64,000 bases of DNA from Candidatus Tayloriibacteriota bacterium (GCA_028286725.1 JAQBQZ010000009.1:1408-65407); one strand, 5' to 3'; counted from the stretch's first letter, positions 28,456 through 39,537 are shown. Numbers and translations: made by a program. The notes: generated from the sequence alone by a model not told the origin.

Positions 28456-31170
28456 TCAAAAGGTCTTGCGCTCGGGTCCCGATCCCGAGCTCACCTTCCC
28501 ATTCCTTGAGAAAAATTCCTCTCCAATAATATTCCCCTTTCTCCCCTTCTTCACATCAAAAACGAGTTCTTTGTTTTTGAGATCTACATTTACAACCCCT
28601 CCTTTTATAACACTCTGAGCAATGATCATATTCGCTACAGGGTTTAGAATCTTGTTTTGAATAAGTCGCTTTAATGGTCGCGCACCATACTGTGGGTTAT
28701 ACCCTTCCTTTGCAAGATAGTCGAGGGCTGCCACAGAGAGCGTCAGTCCAATCTCTTTTGCCGCAAGTCTTTCTTTGATAAGTCCCACTTGAATATCTAC
28801 GATCTTTCGAATGTTTTCGTTTGAAAGAATATCAAAGAGGATAATATCATCGAGTCGGTTCAAGAATTCTGGTCGGAAATAATCCTTGAGAGATTCCATC
28901 ACCTTCGCTTTTGCATCGTCATAGTTTTGCTTGTCAGTTTCATCCATTGCAAATCCAATCTTCTGCATTCGATCAATATATTGCGATCCAATGTTTGAAG
29001 TCAAAATGATCACAGTATTTTTGAAGTTCACTGTTCGCCCTTTTGAATCTGTAAGTCGCCCATTGTCCAAGACCTGAAGAAGCACATTGAACACTTCTGG
29101 ATGTGCCTTCTCGATCTCATCAAAAAGAATGACTGAGTAAGGTCTGTGTCGGACGATCTCTGTAATACTTCCCCCTTCATCATGGCCCACATAACCCGGT
29201 GGCGCACCAAGAATTTTTGACACTGCATGCTTCTCCATATATTCAGACATATCTACGCGCACGAGCGCTTTGTCATCATCAAACATAAATTCAGCGAGTG
29301 CTTTTGTGAGCTCTGTCTTTCCAACTCCAGTTGGTCCCAAAAAGAGGAACGATCCTATTGGTTTATTCGGATCAGAAATACCCGCTCGATTTCTTTTGAT
29401 TGTATCAGAAATACTTTTGACCGCCTTGTTCTGTCCGATAATTCTCTTCTCAAGATCCTCTTCCATTCGCTGAAGCTTCTCCGCTTCTGCTTCAAGCATT
29501 CTGTCTACTGGGATACCCGTCCACTTTGCAACGATCTCTGCAACATCAGATGCAGTCACTTCTTCTTTGAGAATTCTTCGTGAGCTCTGGAGCTTCTTTA
29601 GTTTTTTACTTTTGATATCAAGTTCTTTTTCAAGAGTTGGGATCTTTCCATATCTAATCTCTGCAGCCTTTGTGAGGTCTGCTCTAATCTCGGCGCTTTC
29701 AGCTTCAACACGAAGATCATCAAGTTCTTTTTTGACCTCTTTTATTTCTCCCAAAATTTCCTTTTCATTTTTCCATTTGAGTTCGAGTTCATTTGTCGAT
29801 TCTTTAAGATTTCCAATTTCTTCATCGATCTTTAATACTCGAGCCTTAACATTCTTGTCAGTTTCAATATCTTTTTTGAGTGCTTCTCGTTCAATCTCAA
29901 GCCGCATGATCTGTCGGTGTGCAATATCGAGCGCTTCTGGCTTGTTTTCAAGTGCGATCTTCAAATGCGATGCAGACTCATCAATGAGGTCCACCGCTTT
30001 GTCAGGAAGGAATCTGTCAGTAATATATCGGCTTGAGAGATTCACCGCAGAGACGATTGCATCATCAGTGATCCGTACACCATGATAGAGTTCATATCGA
30101 TCTCGAAGTCCTCGAAGGATTGCGATCGCATCTTCGATAGTCGGCTCTGAAACGAACACTGGCTGGAATCGTCGTGTCAGCGCTGGATCTTTTTCAATAT
30201 GCTTTTGGTATTCACGAAGCGTTGTTGCTCCCACAGCTCGAAGCTCTCCACGCGCAAGCGCAGGCTTCAGCATATTTGATGCATCGAGCGATCCTTCTGC
30301 AGCTCCTGCTCCAACAATAGTGTGGATCTCATCGATAAAAAGAATTACCTTTCCATCACTTTTTTCAATATCTTTCAAAATGTTTTTGAGTCGTTCTTCG
30401 AATTCTCCTCGGTATTTTGTTCCTGCAACAAGTGAGCCCAAATCGAGTGACACGAGCTCCTTATCTTTGAGACTTTCTGGCACATCACCCTGAGCGATTC
30501 GTCCTGCGAGACCTTCGATGATCGCAGTCTTTCCTACTCCCGCCTCTCCAATAAGGATTGGATTGTTCTTTGTTCGTCTTGAGAGAATTTGCACAACTCG
30601 TGCGATCTCAGTATCTCGTCCGATCACTGGATCAAGCTTGTTTTCTTTTGCGAGCTTTGTGAGATTACGAGTGTACTTTGTGAGTGCTTTCATTTTCTTT
30701 GGATGCTGAACATCTGTGACAGTACCGAGCTTTAATTCCTGAACAACACGAAGAACAGATTCTTTTGTGATCTTGAATCTTTGAAGCATTTCTTTTGAAG
30801 ATGATGGGACTTCAGTAGATGCAATAAAGAGGTGCTCTGTTCCGATGAATTCGTCTTTGAGAGACGCTGCGATTTTGCCTGATACTTCGATGATCTGCGC
30901 GAGTTCTGGAGTGAGGTAGATCTGGTATGAAGGAGAAAGCACCTGAGCAGACTCAGGACCTTCGAGAGAATCAAGGAGTGAATCGGTGAGAAGGATAGTA
31001 TCAATCTCGAGTCGTTCGAGGATCGACAAAACCATACTCTCGTCCTGAAGGATGAGAGATGCGAGCAGGTGAAGAGGACTTACATGATTCTGTCCTCGCT
31101 CAATAGCAAGCTCGTGAGCTTTTCGGATGGCTTCTTTTGCTTTTGTGGTGAAATTTCCAAATGGAGGCAT
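28456..31170 (-). CDS. clpB: ATP-dependent chaperone ClpB
   Basis: Two AAA+ modules ([16 protein letters not shown]), long coiled-coil M domain, GARPLKR. Confidence 0.93.
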   Translation of the reverse strand: MPPFGNFTTKAKEAIRKAHELAIERGQNHVSPLHLLASLILQDESMVLSILERLEIDTILLTDSLLDSLEGPESAQVLSPSYQIYLTPELAQIIEVSGKIAASLKDEFIGTEHLFIASTEVPSSSKEMLQRFKITKESVLRVVQELKLGTVTDVQHPKKMKALTKYTRNLTKLAKENKLDPVIGRDTEIARVVQILSRRTKNNPILIGEAGVGKTAIIEGLAGRIAQGDVPESLKDKELVSLDLGSLVAGTKYRGEFEERLKNILKDIEKSDGKVILFIDEIHTIVGAGAAEGSLDASNMLKPALARGELRAVGATTLREYQKHIEKDPALTRRFQPVFVSEPTIEDAIAILRGLRDRYELYHGVRITDDAIVSAVNLSSRYITDRFLPDKAVDLIDESASHLKIALENKPEALDIAHRQIMRLEIEREALKKDIETDKNVKARVLKIDEEIGNLKESTNELELKWKNEKEILGEIKEVKKELDDLRVEAESAEIRADLTKAAEIRYGKIPTLEKELDIKSKKLKKLQSSRRILKEEVTASDVAEIVAKWTGIPVDRMLEAEAEKLQRMEEDLEKRIIGQNKAVKSISDTIKRNRAGISDPNKPIGSFLFLGPTGVGKTELTKALAEFMFDDDKALVRVDMSEYMEKHAVSKILGAPPGYVGHDEGGSITEIVRHRPYSVILFDEIEKAHPEVFNVLLQVLDNGRLTDSKGRTVNFKNTVIILTSNIGSQYIDRMQKIGFAMDETDKQNYDDAKAKVMESLKDYFRPEFLNRLDDIILFDILSNENIRKIVDIQVGLIKERLAAKEIGLTLSVAALDYLAKEGYNPQYGARPLKRLIQNKILNPVANMIIAQSVIKGGVVNVDLKNKELVFDVKKGRKGNIIGEEFFSRNGKVSSGSGPERKTF

Positions 31171-31380
31171 ATTTTAAATAGTATTTAGTTTATTATTTGT
31201 AGTTTTATAGTATAAAAGACGGAAACCCGAGAACTATCTTAATAATACGATCATTATAGCACAAAATGTGCATTTTCTAAATGACAAAGTCCTGGATTTT
31301 GCTTCGCAAAATCCAGGACTTCTAATTAAAAATCCCACGCAACAGCAAGCTGTCGCGCGGGATCAATGTGTAAGCTTTCG

Positions 31381-31569
31381 TCAGCGAAATTTCGGGTGGC
31401 CGAATGGTTCCCAAAGCGGCTGCTGGTAGTAGCCACCGTAGGGGTAAATCATATAAGTGCCAAGTGGCCCCGACATGAAATTCTGCCCCGGTGTGAACGG
31501 TGCATTCCCGTTCGGGTACACACAGGACACGAGACTCAGAGCAGCAAACAAAAGAATAAAGGTCTTCAT
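31381..31569 (-). CDS. small putative lipoprotein
   Basis: MKTFILLFAALSLVSC lipobox-like signal. Confidence 0.6.
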   Translation of the reverse strand: MKTFILLFAALSLVSCVYPNGNAPFTPGQNFMSGPLGTYMIYPYGGYYQQPLWEPFGHPKFR

Positions 31570-31583
31570 CGTGTTTGTCTGAG

Positions 31584-31955
31584 TTAGTTGCTCCATCCTC
31601 CCGTTTGAGGATTGAATCCTGCGGAGTAACCTCCGCCCACCATGCCGTTTCCAACCGGGTAGATTGGCGACGGCTGGCGACGGACTTGCTGCTGGTTGTA
31701 GAAGTTGCCAAATCCGTTGAAACCATTGTTTCCAGAGTTCACAGGCATGCTGTTATTGCTGGGATAGTAGCCACGATTGGAGCCTGTGTTCACTGGGATG
31801 CGGGGAGCGTTATTGCCGGGATAGTAGCCACGATTGGAGCTTGTGACCACAGAACCACCTTGGCCGTAGCCGTAGTAGCGGTTGACGGTGCAGTTGCTGA
31901 AACCAGTGGCAACGAGGACAGCGAAGACGAGGCGGATGATGAGAGATGTTTTCAT
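31584..31955 (-). CDS. Gly/Asn/Tyr-rich putative lipoprotein
   Basis: MKTSLIIRLVFAVLVATGFSNC; SNRGYYP motif twice. Confidence 0.65.
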   Translation of the reverse strand: MKTSLIIRLVFAVLVATGFSNCTVNRYYGYGQGGSVVTSSNRGYYPGNNAPRIPVNTGSNRGYYPSNNSMPVNSGNNGFNGFGNFYNQQQVRRQPSPIYPVGNGMVGGGYSAGFNPQTGGWSN

Positions 31956-32003
31956 GAGCTTGAGTTGGGTGGAGTTGTTGGAGTTACGCAAGCAGTTTGT
32001 TTC

Positions 32004-32150
32004 TGCGAGCGTGAAAATGAACCACATAAATGGACCATTTTCACGCTCGCTTTTCTCATTTTATCCTTATTTTGTTTGACGAATAGCTTTCAAAGAACCT
32101 TACTTAACTAGGATAAGTATACACCATATTTAGGTAAAAGTCAATACCCC
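32004..32150 (-). promoter_or_regulatory. sigma70 promoter, boxA-like motif and leader hairpin (copy 1)
   Basis: TTGACT(32139-32144)-17-TATACT(32116-32121), GTTCTTTGAAA (32088-32098), 47-bp hairpin 32004-32050. Confidence 0.75.
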
Positions 32151-32237
32151 TGAATTTCATTGAAATTCAGGGGTATATAAAAAAAGAGACTCGCTAGGTG
32201 GGTACCATGCGAGTCTCTTCGTAGTTGAAGCCAGATG

Positions 32238-33368
32238 TTAGTTCGGACGGATGTTGAACCGGGATGACCCAGACGACGCAGACTGGCGTTTCGCTCCTGC
32301 CTGTGCTGCAAGTGCTGCTTGGATGTCTGTCCGATCCTGAGCCTTGAGCTTACCATTTGCGGCGAACCGCGTAAGGTATTCCCGCTGAGGATCAGTCAGA
32401 TTTCCATCCAAAGTGGCCTGGAAGGCAGCAATGCTGTTTTCGACAGCCTTGATGTCTTGAGGGCTTGCACCCCCTGCAGCACGTGCTGCGTCCAAATCAT
32501 TCTGACCCTTCTGAACGAAACTCCGCATAGCTGTGCGCCATTGAGACTCATTGCCGTTGTCGGCAACAGCAAGACCTTCGGGCTGGCGGCTAAAGATAGA
32601 GCTTCCCGGATATTGCTTCCGTTCTGCTGCATCAGTAACGGCTTGGATTGAAGGCACTGCGACAGCGACTGGAACTGGCTGTTGTTGGCGAAGCACAAGA
32701 GCTTTTTCGAGCTCAAGAACTTTTGCTTCAGAAGCTTCCAGCTTGCCCTTGGCTTCATCACGCTCCTTGCGGGCGGAATCGGCTTGGGAACTGTAGAGAT
32801 CAGCATTTTTCGCTTTGTCGGCGAGAGACTCCAGCTGTTTCGCATGAGTCTCAGCTTCACTCAGCTTCTTAGCAGTGTCAACCTTCTCCTTGATGGCGTC
32901 GGTTGTGGACTTGTCGGCAAGCGTGAGCTTGCTTTCCAATTCCTGCTTCTTGCTCTCGGCAGCCTTGATATCAGCCTCGAGCTTCTGCATCTTCTTTCCG
33001 TCCTCGATGCGGCCCTCGTTGAGAGAGGCCACAGTCTGCTGATACCCCAAATTTTCTTTGGAGAGCTTCTCCATCTTGGAGTTGCCGTTGCCGCCGAAGA
33101 TGAGGCAGAACAGGAGGATAAGGAGTGCAGCAGCTTCGGCCAAGATGATGATGCCCTTGGTGCGACCTCTTTGGGCCGCGTTCCGAGTGGCACAGTCTTT
33201 GCCTTCAGTGCGAGCTTCTTCCACCTCATCGAGGTGAATCTGGATCACATTCTCCGGATCCTTGCTGACCGCTTCGATGAGCAGCGTACTGCTGTCGAAC
33301 GGACCGGGAGCCGGTGGTGGTGTGTTGGTTGGAGCTGGAGTGCGTGTTGGTGGGGTGTGTGTGTTCAT
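32238..33368 (-). CDS. membrane-anchored coiled-coil hypothetical protein
   Basis: 376 aa; Pro-rich N-terminus, one TM, long heptad-rich region; higher GC than core genes. Confidence 0.75.
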   Translation of the reverse strand: MNTHTPPTRTPAPTNTPPPAPGPFDSSTLLIEAVSKDPENVIQIHLDEVEEARTEGKDCATRNAAQRGRTKGIIILAEAAALLILLFCLIFGGNGNSKMEKLSKENLGYQQTVASLNEGRIEDGKKMQKLEADIKAAESKKQELESKLTLADKSTTDAIKEKVDTAKKLSEAETHAKQLESLADKAKNADLYSSQADSARKERDEAKGKLEASEAKVLELEKALVLRQQQPVPVAVAVPSIQAVTDAAERKQYPGSSIFSRQPEGLAVADNGNESQWRTAMRSFVQKGQNDLDAARAAGGASPQDIKAVENSIAAFQATLDGNLTDPQREYLTRFAANGKLKAQDRTDIQAALAAQAGAKRQSASSGSSRFNIRPN

Positions 33369-33431
33369 ACGGGTGGGATGTGTTGCATTTTGACGGAATT
33401 GACATCACGGATCACAAAGGGGTTTTGTCCT

Positions 33432-33556
33432 TGCGAGCGTGAAAATGAACCACATAAATGGACCATTTTCACGCTCGCAGTACTAACATTTGGCTTTCAA
33501 AGAACCTTACTTAACTAGGATAAGTATACACCATTTTATCACAAAAGTCAATACCC
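33432..33556 (-). promoter_or_regulatory. sigma70 promoter, boxA-like motif and leader hairpin (copy 2)
   Basis: TTGACT(33546-33551)-17-TATACT(33523-33528); blocks identical to 32004-32050 and 32086-32127. Confidence 0.75.
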
Positions 33557-33606
33557 CTCCTACCGCACGGTAGGAGGGGTATTTTGACCTATTTTATCTC
33601 TATTTC

Positions 33607-34995
33607 TTAAGCTATAATCCCCTTTCGAGCAAGATTATCTCTCTTGAACTTTGCGATCATTTCTCGCTGGGTCATACCGAGCTTGGCTGCTTTCTTCTTC
33701 AAGAATACCCACGCCATAAATGCTGACCAAAGTGTCATACCGAGTACGAAAAGGATCATTTTGAGGTTCTCTCCTACTCCTGTATATGGAATATCACTAA
33801 GATATACTCCAGAGGCAAGTGTTCCGTTGTTTGGTGTATTACCACCGTTACTTACGAGAGTAATATTGCCGTTGTTTCCACCTACATATACATTACATGT
33901 CTGTGTGACTGACTGACCACCTCCATCAGTTATTCGTACTGTCGCAGACTTTGTTCCACTCGTGCTAAACGATTGAGTTACAACTGATCCGTTACCATAT
34001 ACATCTCCTGACCACTGATAGTTATAGTTACTACCATTTCCGCCGTTTGCATTAGCTGTGAATGTAGCAACATTATTACCAGATACACTTGCAGAACAGT
34101 ATCCAGAAAGTGATTGGTTGTAGTTGTTGTTAACCTGAGTACTACAATTTCGTGTGATTGACTGACCGTTTGAAGTGATAGTTACAGTTGCAGATTTTGT
34201 TCCTCCGTTGTAGTAAGTATTTGAAACACTAGAACCATTACCATATGCATCTCCTGACCAACTATATGTATATCCTCCATTTCCACCTGTAGCATTAGCT
34301 GTCCAAGTAACAGTCTGGTTTGTCCCATATGATCCACTTGCAGTACATGAACCCTCCAAAGTATTTGTATTTTGCGCTACCTGGTTTGTAACTACGTTAC
34401 AGTTTCCCTGTCCTGCACAAGTGTTGTTCGTATTAGTGACCGTACTTGTATAGTTATAGTTAGTATTAGTTTTATTGCTTAAGAATGAGAGTGAAGAATT
34501 TCCTCCGTAACCACCACCGTTATTGTATCCACTATATCCACCTCCAATTCCTCCATATGAGTATGGCATTACGTAACCAGAAGAGTATCCGTATGATGAT
34601 GACTGAGGATATCCATATGAAGAGTATCCGTATGAAGGAGATGAGTAACCAGTCGAATAAGGTTGACTGTAAGAATCAGAATATCCATAGTTACTTGAAG
34701 GATAGTAGTCGTAACCAGTATCGTACCCATAATTACTTGAAGGGTAATAGTCGTAAGACGAATCAGCCGCATAGTTACTTGATGGATAGTAGTCGTATGA
34801 TGAACCACTTGAGTAATTACTTGAAGGGTAATAGTCGTAAGACGAATCAGCCGCATAGTTACTTGATGGATAGTAGTCGTATGAACTTCCTTCATCTGCC
34901 ATTACAGCAGTCGGAACTACCAAGATCGCCATAGAAGCAACAACAAAAAGTGCTGTTATTACCCTATATTTGATTGTGTTTATAATGTTTTGCAT
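33607..34995 (-). CDS. surface protein with YDYYPSSNY repeats, PKD/Ig-like domains and IPYTG-TM C-terminal anchor
   Basis: Signal peptide, five YDYYPSSNY units, two YxWSGD..GNG repeats, SGVYLSDIPYTG + TM + basic tail. Confidence 0.8.
   Translation of the reverse strand: MQNIINTIKYRVITALFVVASMAILVVPTAVMADEGSSYDYYPSSNYAADSSYDYYPSSNYSSGSSYDYYPSSNYAADSSYDYYPSSNYGYDTGYDYYPSSNYGYSDSYSQPYSTGYSSPSYGYSSYGYPQSSSYGYSSGYVMPYSYGGIGGGYSGYNNGGGYGGNSSLSFLSNKTNTNYNYTSTVTNTNNTCAGQGNCNVVTNQVAQNTNTLEGSCTASGSYGTNQTVTWTANATGGNGGYTYSWSGDAYGNGSSVSNTYYNGGTKSATVTITSNGQSITRNCSTQVNNNYNQSLSGYCSASVSGNNVATFTANANGGNGSNYNYQWSGDVYGNGSVVTQSFSTSGTKSATVRITDGGGQSVTQTCNVYVGGNNGNITLVSNGGNTPNNGTLASGVYLSDIPYTGVGENLKMILFVLGMTLWSAFMAWVFLKKKAAKLGMTQREMIAKFKRDNLARKGIIA
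34688..34884 (-). repeat. 42-bp-period coding tandem repeat
   Basis: 71-bp exact duplication at 34730-34800 and 34814-34884 (84-bp offset). Confidence 0.85.
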
Positions 34996-35130
34996 AAATT
35001 TGTTTATTTATTTTTATAGGGTAATTATACACCCTTAGATTCATATTGTCAAGTGTTCTATTTACATAATAAAAATAGTGTTGTTTTAAAAGGATGCGGG
35101 CGGTACAAAGTACCGCCCGCGAAGGATGAC

Positions 35131-35511
35131 TCAAGGTCGATGTGCGTAAAGCACTTGCACCTCATCTCCCACGAGTCTCAGGACAAAGTGGCCCGATTCT
35201 GTGGCTTCTTCCACCGTCATTCCCCTGCTTTCAGGGATACGAATGCGTCCAGGGATCATATCTAATCCCGTTTTTGGTTCAGCGAGAATCAGATTGCCGG
35301 AGCGGTTGCGTGCAAAGACGAGTTTGCCCTCCTGGAGTGCCTGACGATAGGTTATTTGATGACCACCATAGGTCCGATCGAGTGGAAAGATTTCTCCATC
35401 GAGGATTTTGGGGTTGATTTGAGGCCGGGATTGAGGTTGAGGTTGAAGAGAGTTGCACGATGACAGGAAGCCTGCCACCACCAATAGAGCGATGCGAATG
35501 AGCGAGTTCAT
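35131..35511 (-). CDS. putative lipoprotein ORFan
   Basis: MNSLIRIALLVVAGFLSSC lipobox; hairpins on both sides. Confidence 0.6.
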   Translation of the reverse strand: MNSLIRIALLVVAGFLSSCNSLQPQPQSRPQINPKILDGEIFPLDRTYGGHQITYRQALQEGKLVFARNRSGNLILAEPKTGLDMIPGRIRIPESRGMTVEEATESGHFVLRLVGDEVQVLYAHRP

Positions 35512-35601
35512 AACGACCTCCATAAAACCACAAAATGGAGTAAAAAGCAAGGCATCGCGGCTACGCCGCGATGCCTTTTGAAATATTCAATATTCTTTGC
35601 T

Positions 35602-36417
35602 TTATAGATAGTCCTTCACCTCATCAACCAAAAGCTTCGCATTCACAAACACTGGAGATGATTCTGTCTCGCTCGCCTTCTTTTCAAATGCGATAAGATT
35701 GCCTCCTGTATCAAAGAGAAGCCATCCTGATATTGGAGTTGTGAGAATCATATCAGTCACGAGAATGTTTTTTGTGCTTGATGCATTTTCGTCTGCAGAT
35801 TTTATTTCTGTCACGATTCCTGTTGAGACCACATCACCACTTTCTTTGCCTCCGAGTGCGACGATGTTGCTGCCAAGCTTGATGCCCGTAATACTTTTCA
35901 AAACAAGTGTTGGTATTTTGTTCTTCTCGCCTTGGGCATACTGCAGAGTAAAGACTGCAAAATTATTTGAAAGCCCCGACTTTTCAAACTTGAGAGGGAT
36001 CTCCTTGCCTGCAGAAGTCACAGCTGTGAATTGATGTTCCGGAAGTACTGACTCTGGGAGAGACGATGCGAGTACAGCATTCTTGCTTCCGATGGCAAGT
36101 CCGAGCGCGATGAATTGTTTTGTCTCACCAATAGTCTCATAGATTCGAACAAGACTATCAGACTTTTGGTCTGCAATATCAGCAGGTGAAAGCTCAGTCA
36201 CAGTCGGAGTCTTCACTTCTGGAGTACCAACAATATTTTTGACAGTTGGAATATCTGCAACTCTATCAATCGTCTTTTCGATCACCTGATAGATAGTCTG
36301 ATCTGGCCCAGAGCTGTTGTCTGTGAGTGACACTGTTGCGACACTCGTTGTCACCGCAGTCACGATCGCGACAAGAAGACAGACGAGGATGAGTTGTTGT
36401 TTAGTTATTTGTTCCAT
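35602..36417 (-). CDS. degenerate trypsin/HtrA-like membrane protein
   Basis: TM then trypsin-like features (IKLGSNIVALG..VSTGIV, ISGWLLFDTGGNLI) without typical His/Asp motifs. Confidence 0.6.
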   Translation of the reverse strand: MEQITKQQLILVCLLVAIVTAVTTSVATVSLTDNSSGPDQTIYQVIEKTIDRVADIPTVKNIVGTPEVKTPTVTELSPADIADQKSDSLVRIYETIGETKQFIALGLAIGSKNAVLASSLPESVLPEHQFTAVTSAGKEIPLKFEKSGLSNNFAVFTLQYAQGEKNKIPTLVLKSITGIKLGSNIVALGGKESGDVVSTGIVTEIKSADENASSTKNILVTDMILTTPISGWLLFDTGGNLIAFEKKASETESSPVFVNAKLLVDEVKDYL

Positions 36418-37613
36418 TGGAGTAATAATACCTTTTTCAAAATTTTAAGACAATCATCGATTTCACTCTTTGTAGTATATCGTCCGAGTGAAAATCGAAG
36501 AGACGAGGCTGCGCAAGAGCGGTCACCATAGATTCGTTCGAGTACATATGAGTATGATTCCTCGCTTGTATTCATACAAGTTGATGCGGATGAACATGCT
36601 ACCCCATTTTCATCAAGACCGATCACTGCAAACTCTGCATCGATATCTGGAATACAGACATTCACATTATTTGGCAGTCGACTAATGAGTGCTCCATTTA
36701 TTTTTGCATTTGGAATCATCTTAGTGATTTCTTTAAAGAAATAGTCTCGAAGCTTTGTGAGCCTCACCACCTCTTTATTCATTTCCTTTTTTGCGATTGT
36801 GAAGCTTTCCGCAAATCCATGCGCAAGGATCGGAAGCTCTCGTCCTGAACGGAGCCCTTCTTCTTGTCCTCCGCCAAAAATAATCGGACTTATATTTACT
36901 CCTCTTCTTTTATATAGAAGCCCAATACCTGCTGGTCCATATATCTTTGGACTATGAAGCGTCAGGAGATCCACTCCAACCTTTTCCATATCGATAGGTA
37001 CATACGTCACTGACTGCGCAGCATCGGTGTGAAAATAGGGTGTGCCAGGTATTGCCATTCCAAGTTTTCTCCGCGCGTGCCGAACCTCTCGAGCAATCTC
37101 CTCAATATCATTTATTGTTCCGATCTCGTTGTTTGCATGCATAATCGTCACAAGCATTGTTTCTGACGTTAAGGATTTGCGAATTATTTTGTAAGGCAAG
37201 GTTCCATCTTTTTCTGGATCAATGTATGTTACCTTCACTCCTTTAGATTCAAGGTGTTTCAATACTTCAAGCACCGATTTATGTTCGATCGATGAAGAAA
37301 TAATATGCGGAGTCTTCCCTTTCTTTTTGTATTCATCCTTAAGAGATTCATAGAGACCGAGTATCGCAAGATTGTTTGACTCTGTCGCACCTGAAGTAAA
37401 TATGATCTCATCGGATTTTGCGCCGAGATTATTTGCAAGACTTTTTCTTGCATTCTCGTAGACCTTTTTTGCATTTCTTCCCTCTTCATGAAGCGCGTTT
37501 GGATTACCAATACAAAGCTTTTCAATCTTTTTCATCGAGAGAGACACCTTTGGATCAACAGGAGTCGACGAGGTGTAGTCGAGATAGATCCGTTTTTTTG
37601 CTCTTTTATTCAT
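36405..37613 (-). CDS. iscS: cysteine desulfurase (IscS/NifS)
   Basis: IYLDY, IIFTSGATESNN, ANNEIG, HTDAAQ, KIYGP, SSASTC, SLRFSLG. Confidence 0.9.
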   Translation of the reverse strand: MNKRAKKRIYLDYTSSTPVDPKVSLSMKKIEKLCIGNPNALHEEGRNAKKVYENARKSLANNLGAKSDEIIFTSGATESNNLAILGLYESLKDEYKKKGKTPHIISSSIEHKSVLEVLKHLESKGVKVTYIDPEKDGTLPYKIIRKSLTSETMLVTIMHANNEIGTINDIEEIAREVRHARRKLGMAIPGTPYFHTDAAQSVTYVPIDMEKVGVDLLTLHSPKIYGPAGIGLLYKRRGVNISPIIFGGGQEEGLRSGRELPILAHGFAESFTIAKKEMNKEVVRLTKLRDYFFKEITKMIPNAKINGALISRLPNNVNVCIPDIDAEFAVIGLDENGVACSSASTCMNTSEESYSYVLERIYGDRSCAASSLRFSLGRYTTKSEIDDCLKILKKVLLLQWNK

Positions 37614-37694
37614 AATTATATATATACCACATACTCCACACTATTCAAGCAACTTTGAAAAATGTCAATTTGGTGCTATTATGTTGCCTTATAT

Positions 37695-39200
37695 ATGTCA
37701 AAGGATCAATCTCAAAAAAATAGACCTCCAGTAGTCGCCGTCATGGGTCATATTGACCATGGGAAGTCTACTCTTCTCGACCATATTCGAAAGACCAATA
37801 CAACAGATCGTGAGGCCGGAGGTATTACACAGAGAATGAGTGCCTACAAAGTAAGTCGTAAAAATGCAGAAGGAAGTGATGTTACAATCACATTCCTTGA
37901 TACTCCAGGACACGAAGCGTTTGGTGCGCTCAGATCACGAGGCGCGAAAGTCGCAGATATTGCGATCCTTGTTGTTGCAGCTGATGAAGGCGCAAAGCCA
38001 CAAACAATCGAAGCATACAAATGTATCAAAGAAGCAGGACTCCCATTCATCATCGCGATGAATAAGATAGACAAGCCGAACGCAAATATTGATCGAACAA
38101 AACAAATGCTCGGAGATGCAGAAATATTCGTTGAAGGCTGGGGAGGAGATATTCCAGCGATCGGTGTATCAGCTATTACAGGCGCAGGTGTTCCTGAGCT
38201 TCTTGATATGGTACTTCTCCTTGCTGATATTACGGATCTCAAAGCAGATATGGACGGAGCATCTGACGGCGTTATCATCGAAGCTCAAAACAGCAAACTC
38301 AAAGGTATCGGCGCGACAATTATCATCAAAAACGGAATCCTCAAATCAGGATCATTTGTTGTTGCAGGTGACGCAATCGCTCCAACACGAATCTTTGAAG
38401 ATTTCCAAGGCAAACCGATAAAAGAAGGTCATCCAAGCGATCCTGTTCGGATCACTGGATTCGACAAACTCCCTCCTGTAGGAGAAATCTGTGTAAGTGT
38501 TGAAACCAAAAAAGATGCGGAAGCTCTTGCAATGCAAAATAGAGAATTTATGGCAAAGATCGAAGGAGCCGTAACTATTGGAAGTGAAAATGCGACTGTT
38601 GCAATTCCTATCATCATCAAAGCCTCATCAACCGATGTTATTGAAGCAATCATGCACGAGATGAAGAAGATCAAAAATGAACGAGTATGTCTCAAAGTAG
38701 TTTCAACTGGCATTGGTTTTGTTTCAGAGAACGATGTAAAGATCGCAACAACAAAACCTGACAGTGTGATCCTCGGATTTGATACAAAGATCGATAACGG
38801 CGCAAAGACGCTTGCAGAGAGAGATAAAATAAATATCCAGACATTTGATATTATCTACAAGCTTACAGAATGGCTAGAAGTTTATATGAAGGAGAAGACT
38901 CCGAAGATGAAAGAAGAAGAAATTCATGGAAAAGCGAAGATCCTCAAATGTTTTAGTGTAAACAAAGATAAGCAAGTGTTGGGAGCAAGAGTTGAAGAAG
39001 GAATGATCTCTCTTAATGATGAGGTCAAGATCATAAGACGAGATGTTGAGCTTGGTCGTGGACGAATCAGACAGCTCCAGCAATCAAAGACAGAAGCCAA
39101 GGAAGTGAAAGAGGGGCTTGAATGCGGAACAATGATCGAATCAAAGATCGAGATCGCTCCAGGAGACAAAATTGAAAGTTTTAAAATAGTAGAAAGATAA
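37695..39200 (+). CDS. infB: translation initiation factor IF-2 (short form lacking the N-terminal domain)
   Basis: RPPVVAVMGHIDHGKST, GGITQ, DTPGHEAF, NKID. Confidence 0.96.
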   Translation: MSKDQSQKNRPPVVAVMGHIDHGKSTLLDHIRKTNTTDREAGGITQRMSAYKVSRKNAEGSDVTITFLDTPGHEAFGALRSRGAKVADIAILVVAADEGAKPQTIEAYKCIKEAGLPFIIAMNKIDKPNANIDRTKQMLGDAEIFVEGWGGDIPAIGVSAITGAGVPELLDMVLLLADITDLKADMDGASDGVIIEAQNSKLKGIGATIIIKNGILKSGSFVVAGDAIAPTRIFEDFQGKPIKEGHPSDPVRITGFDKLPPVGEICVSVETKKDAEALAMQNREFMAKIEGAVTIGSENATVAIPIIIKASSTDVIEAIMHEMKKIKNERVCLKVVSTGIGFVSENDVKIATTKPDSVILGFDTKIDNGAKTLAERDKINIQTFDIIYKLTEWLEVYMKEKTPKMKEEEIHGKAKILKCFSVNKDKQVLGARVEEGMISLNDEVKIIRRDVELGRGRIRQLQQSKTEAKEVKEGLECGTMIESKIEIAPGDKIESFKIVER

Positions 39201-39201
39201 T

Positions 39202-39537
39202 ATGATCCCCAAAGACCCAAATAGAGACAAAAAAATAGAAGAAGTGATCAAAAAATGCGCTACCAAGTTTCTCTTGGAAGAAGGTTCTAACGCTTCCCTT
39301 CTTACCGTTACTAATGTGATCGTGTCAGCAAAGTTTGAGCAAGCAACGATCTTTTTTACCGCATTCCCAGAAAACAAAGAAAAGACTGCACTTGAATTTT
39401 TGAAGCGAAAGCGAGGAGAATTCAAAGAGATCCTAAAAAATGAAACAAGACTACAAAGAATTCCGTTTATAGACTTTGAGATTGATATAGGTGAAAAGAA
39501 CAGACAGAATATCGAAAGACTTTCAAATCAAATATAA
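39202..39537 (+). CDS. rbfA: ribosome-binding factor A
   Basis: Directly after infB; LTVTNV, LQRIPFIDFEID. Confidence 0.88.
   Translation: MIPKDPNRDKKIEEVIKKCATKFLLEEGSNASLLTVTNVIVSAKFEQATIFFTAFPENKEKTALEFLKRKRGEFKEILKNETRLQRIPFIDFEIDIGEKNRQNIERLSNQI

Noticed and set aside
37695-39200. Truncated infB
   Set aside because: A short IF2 lacking the N-terminal domain is usual in CPR; G and C domains are intact
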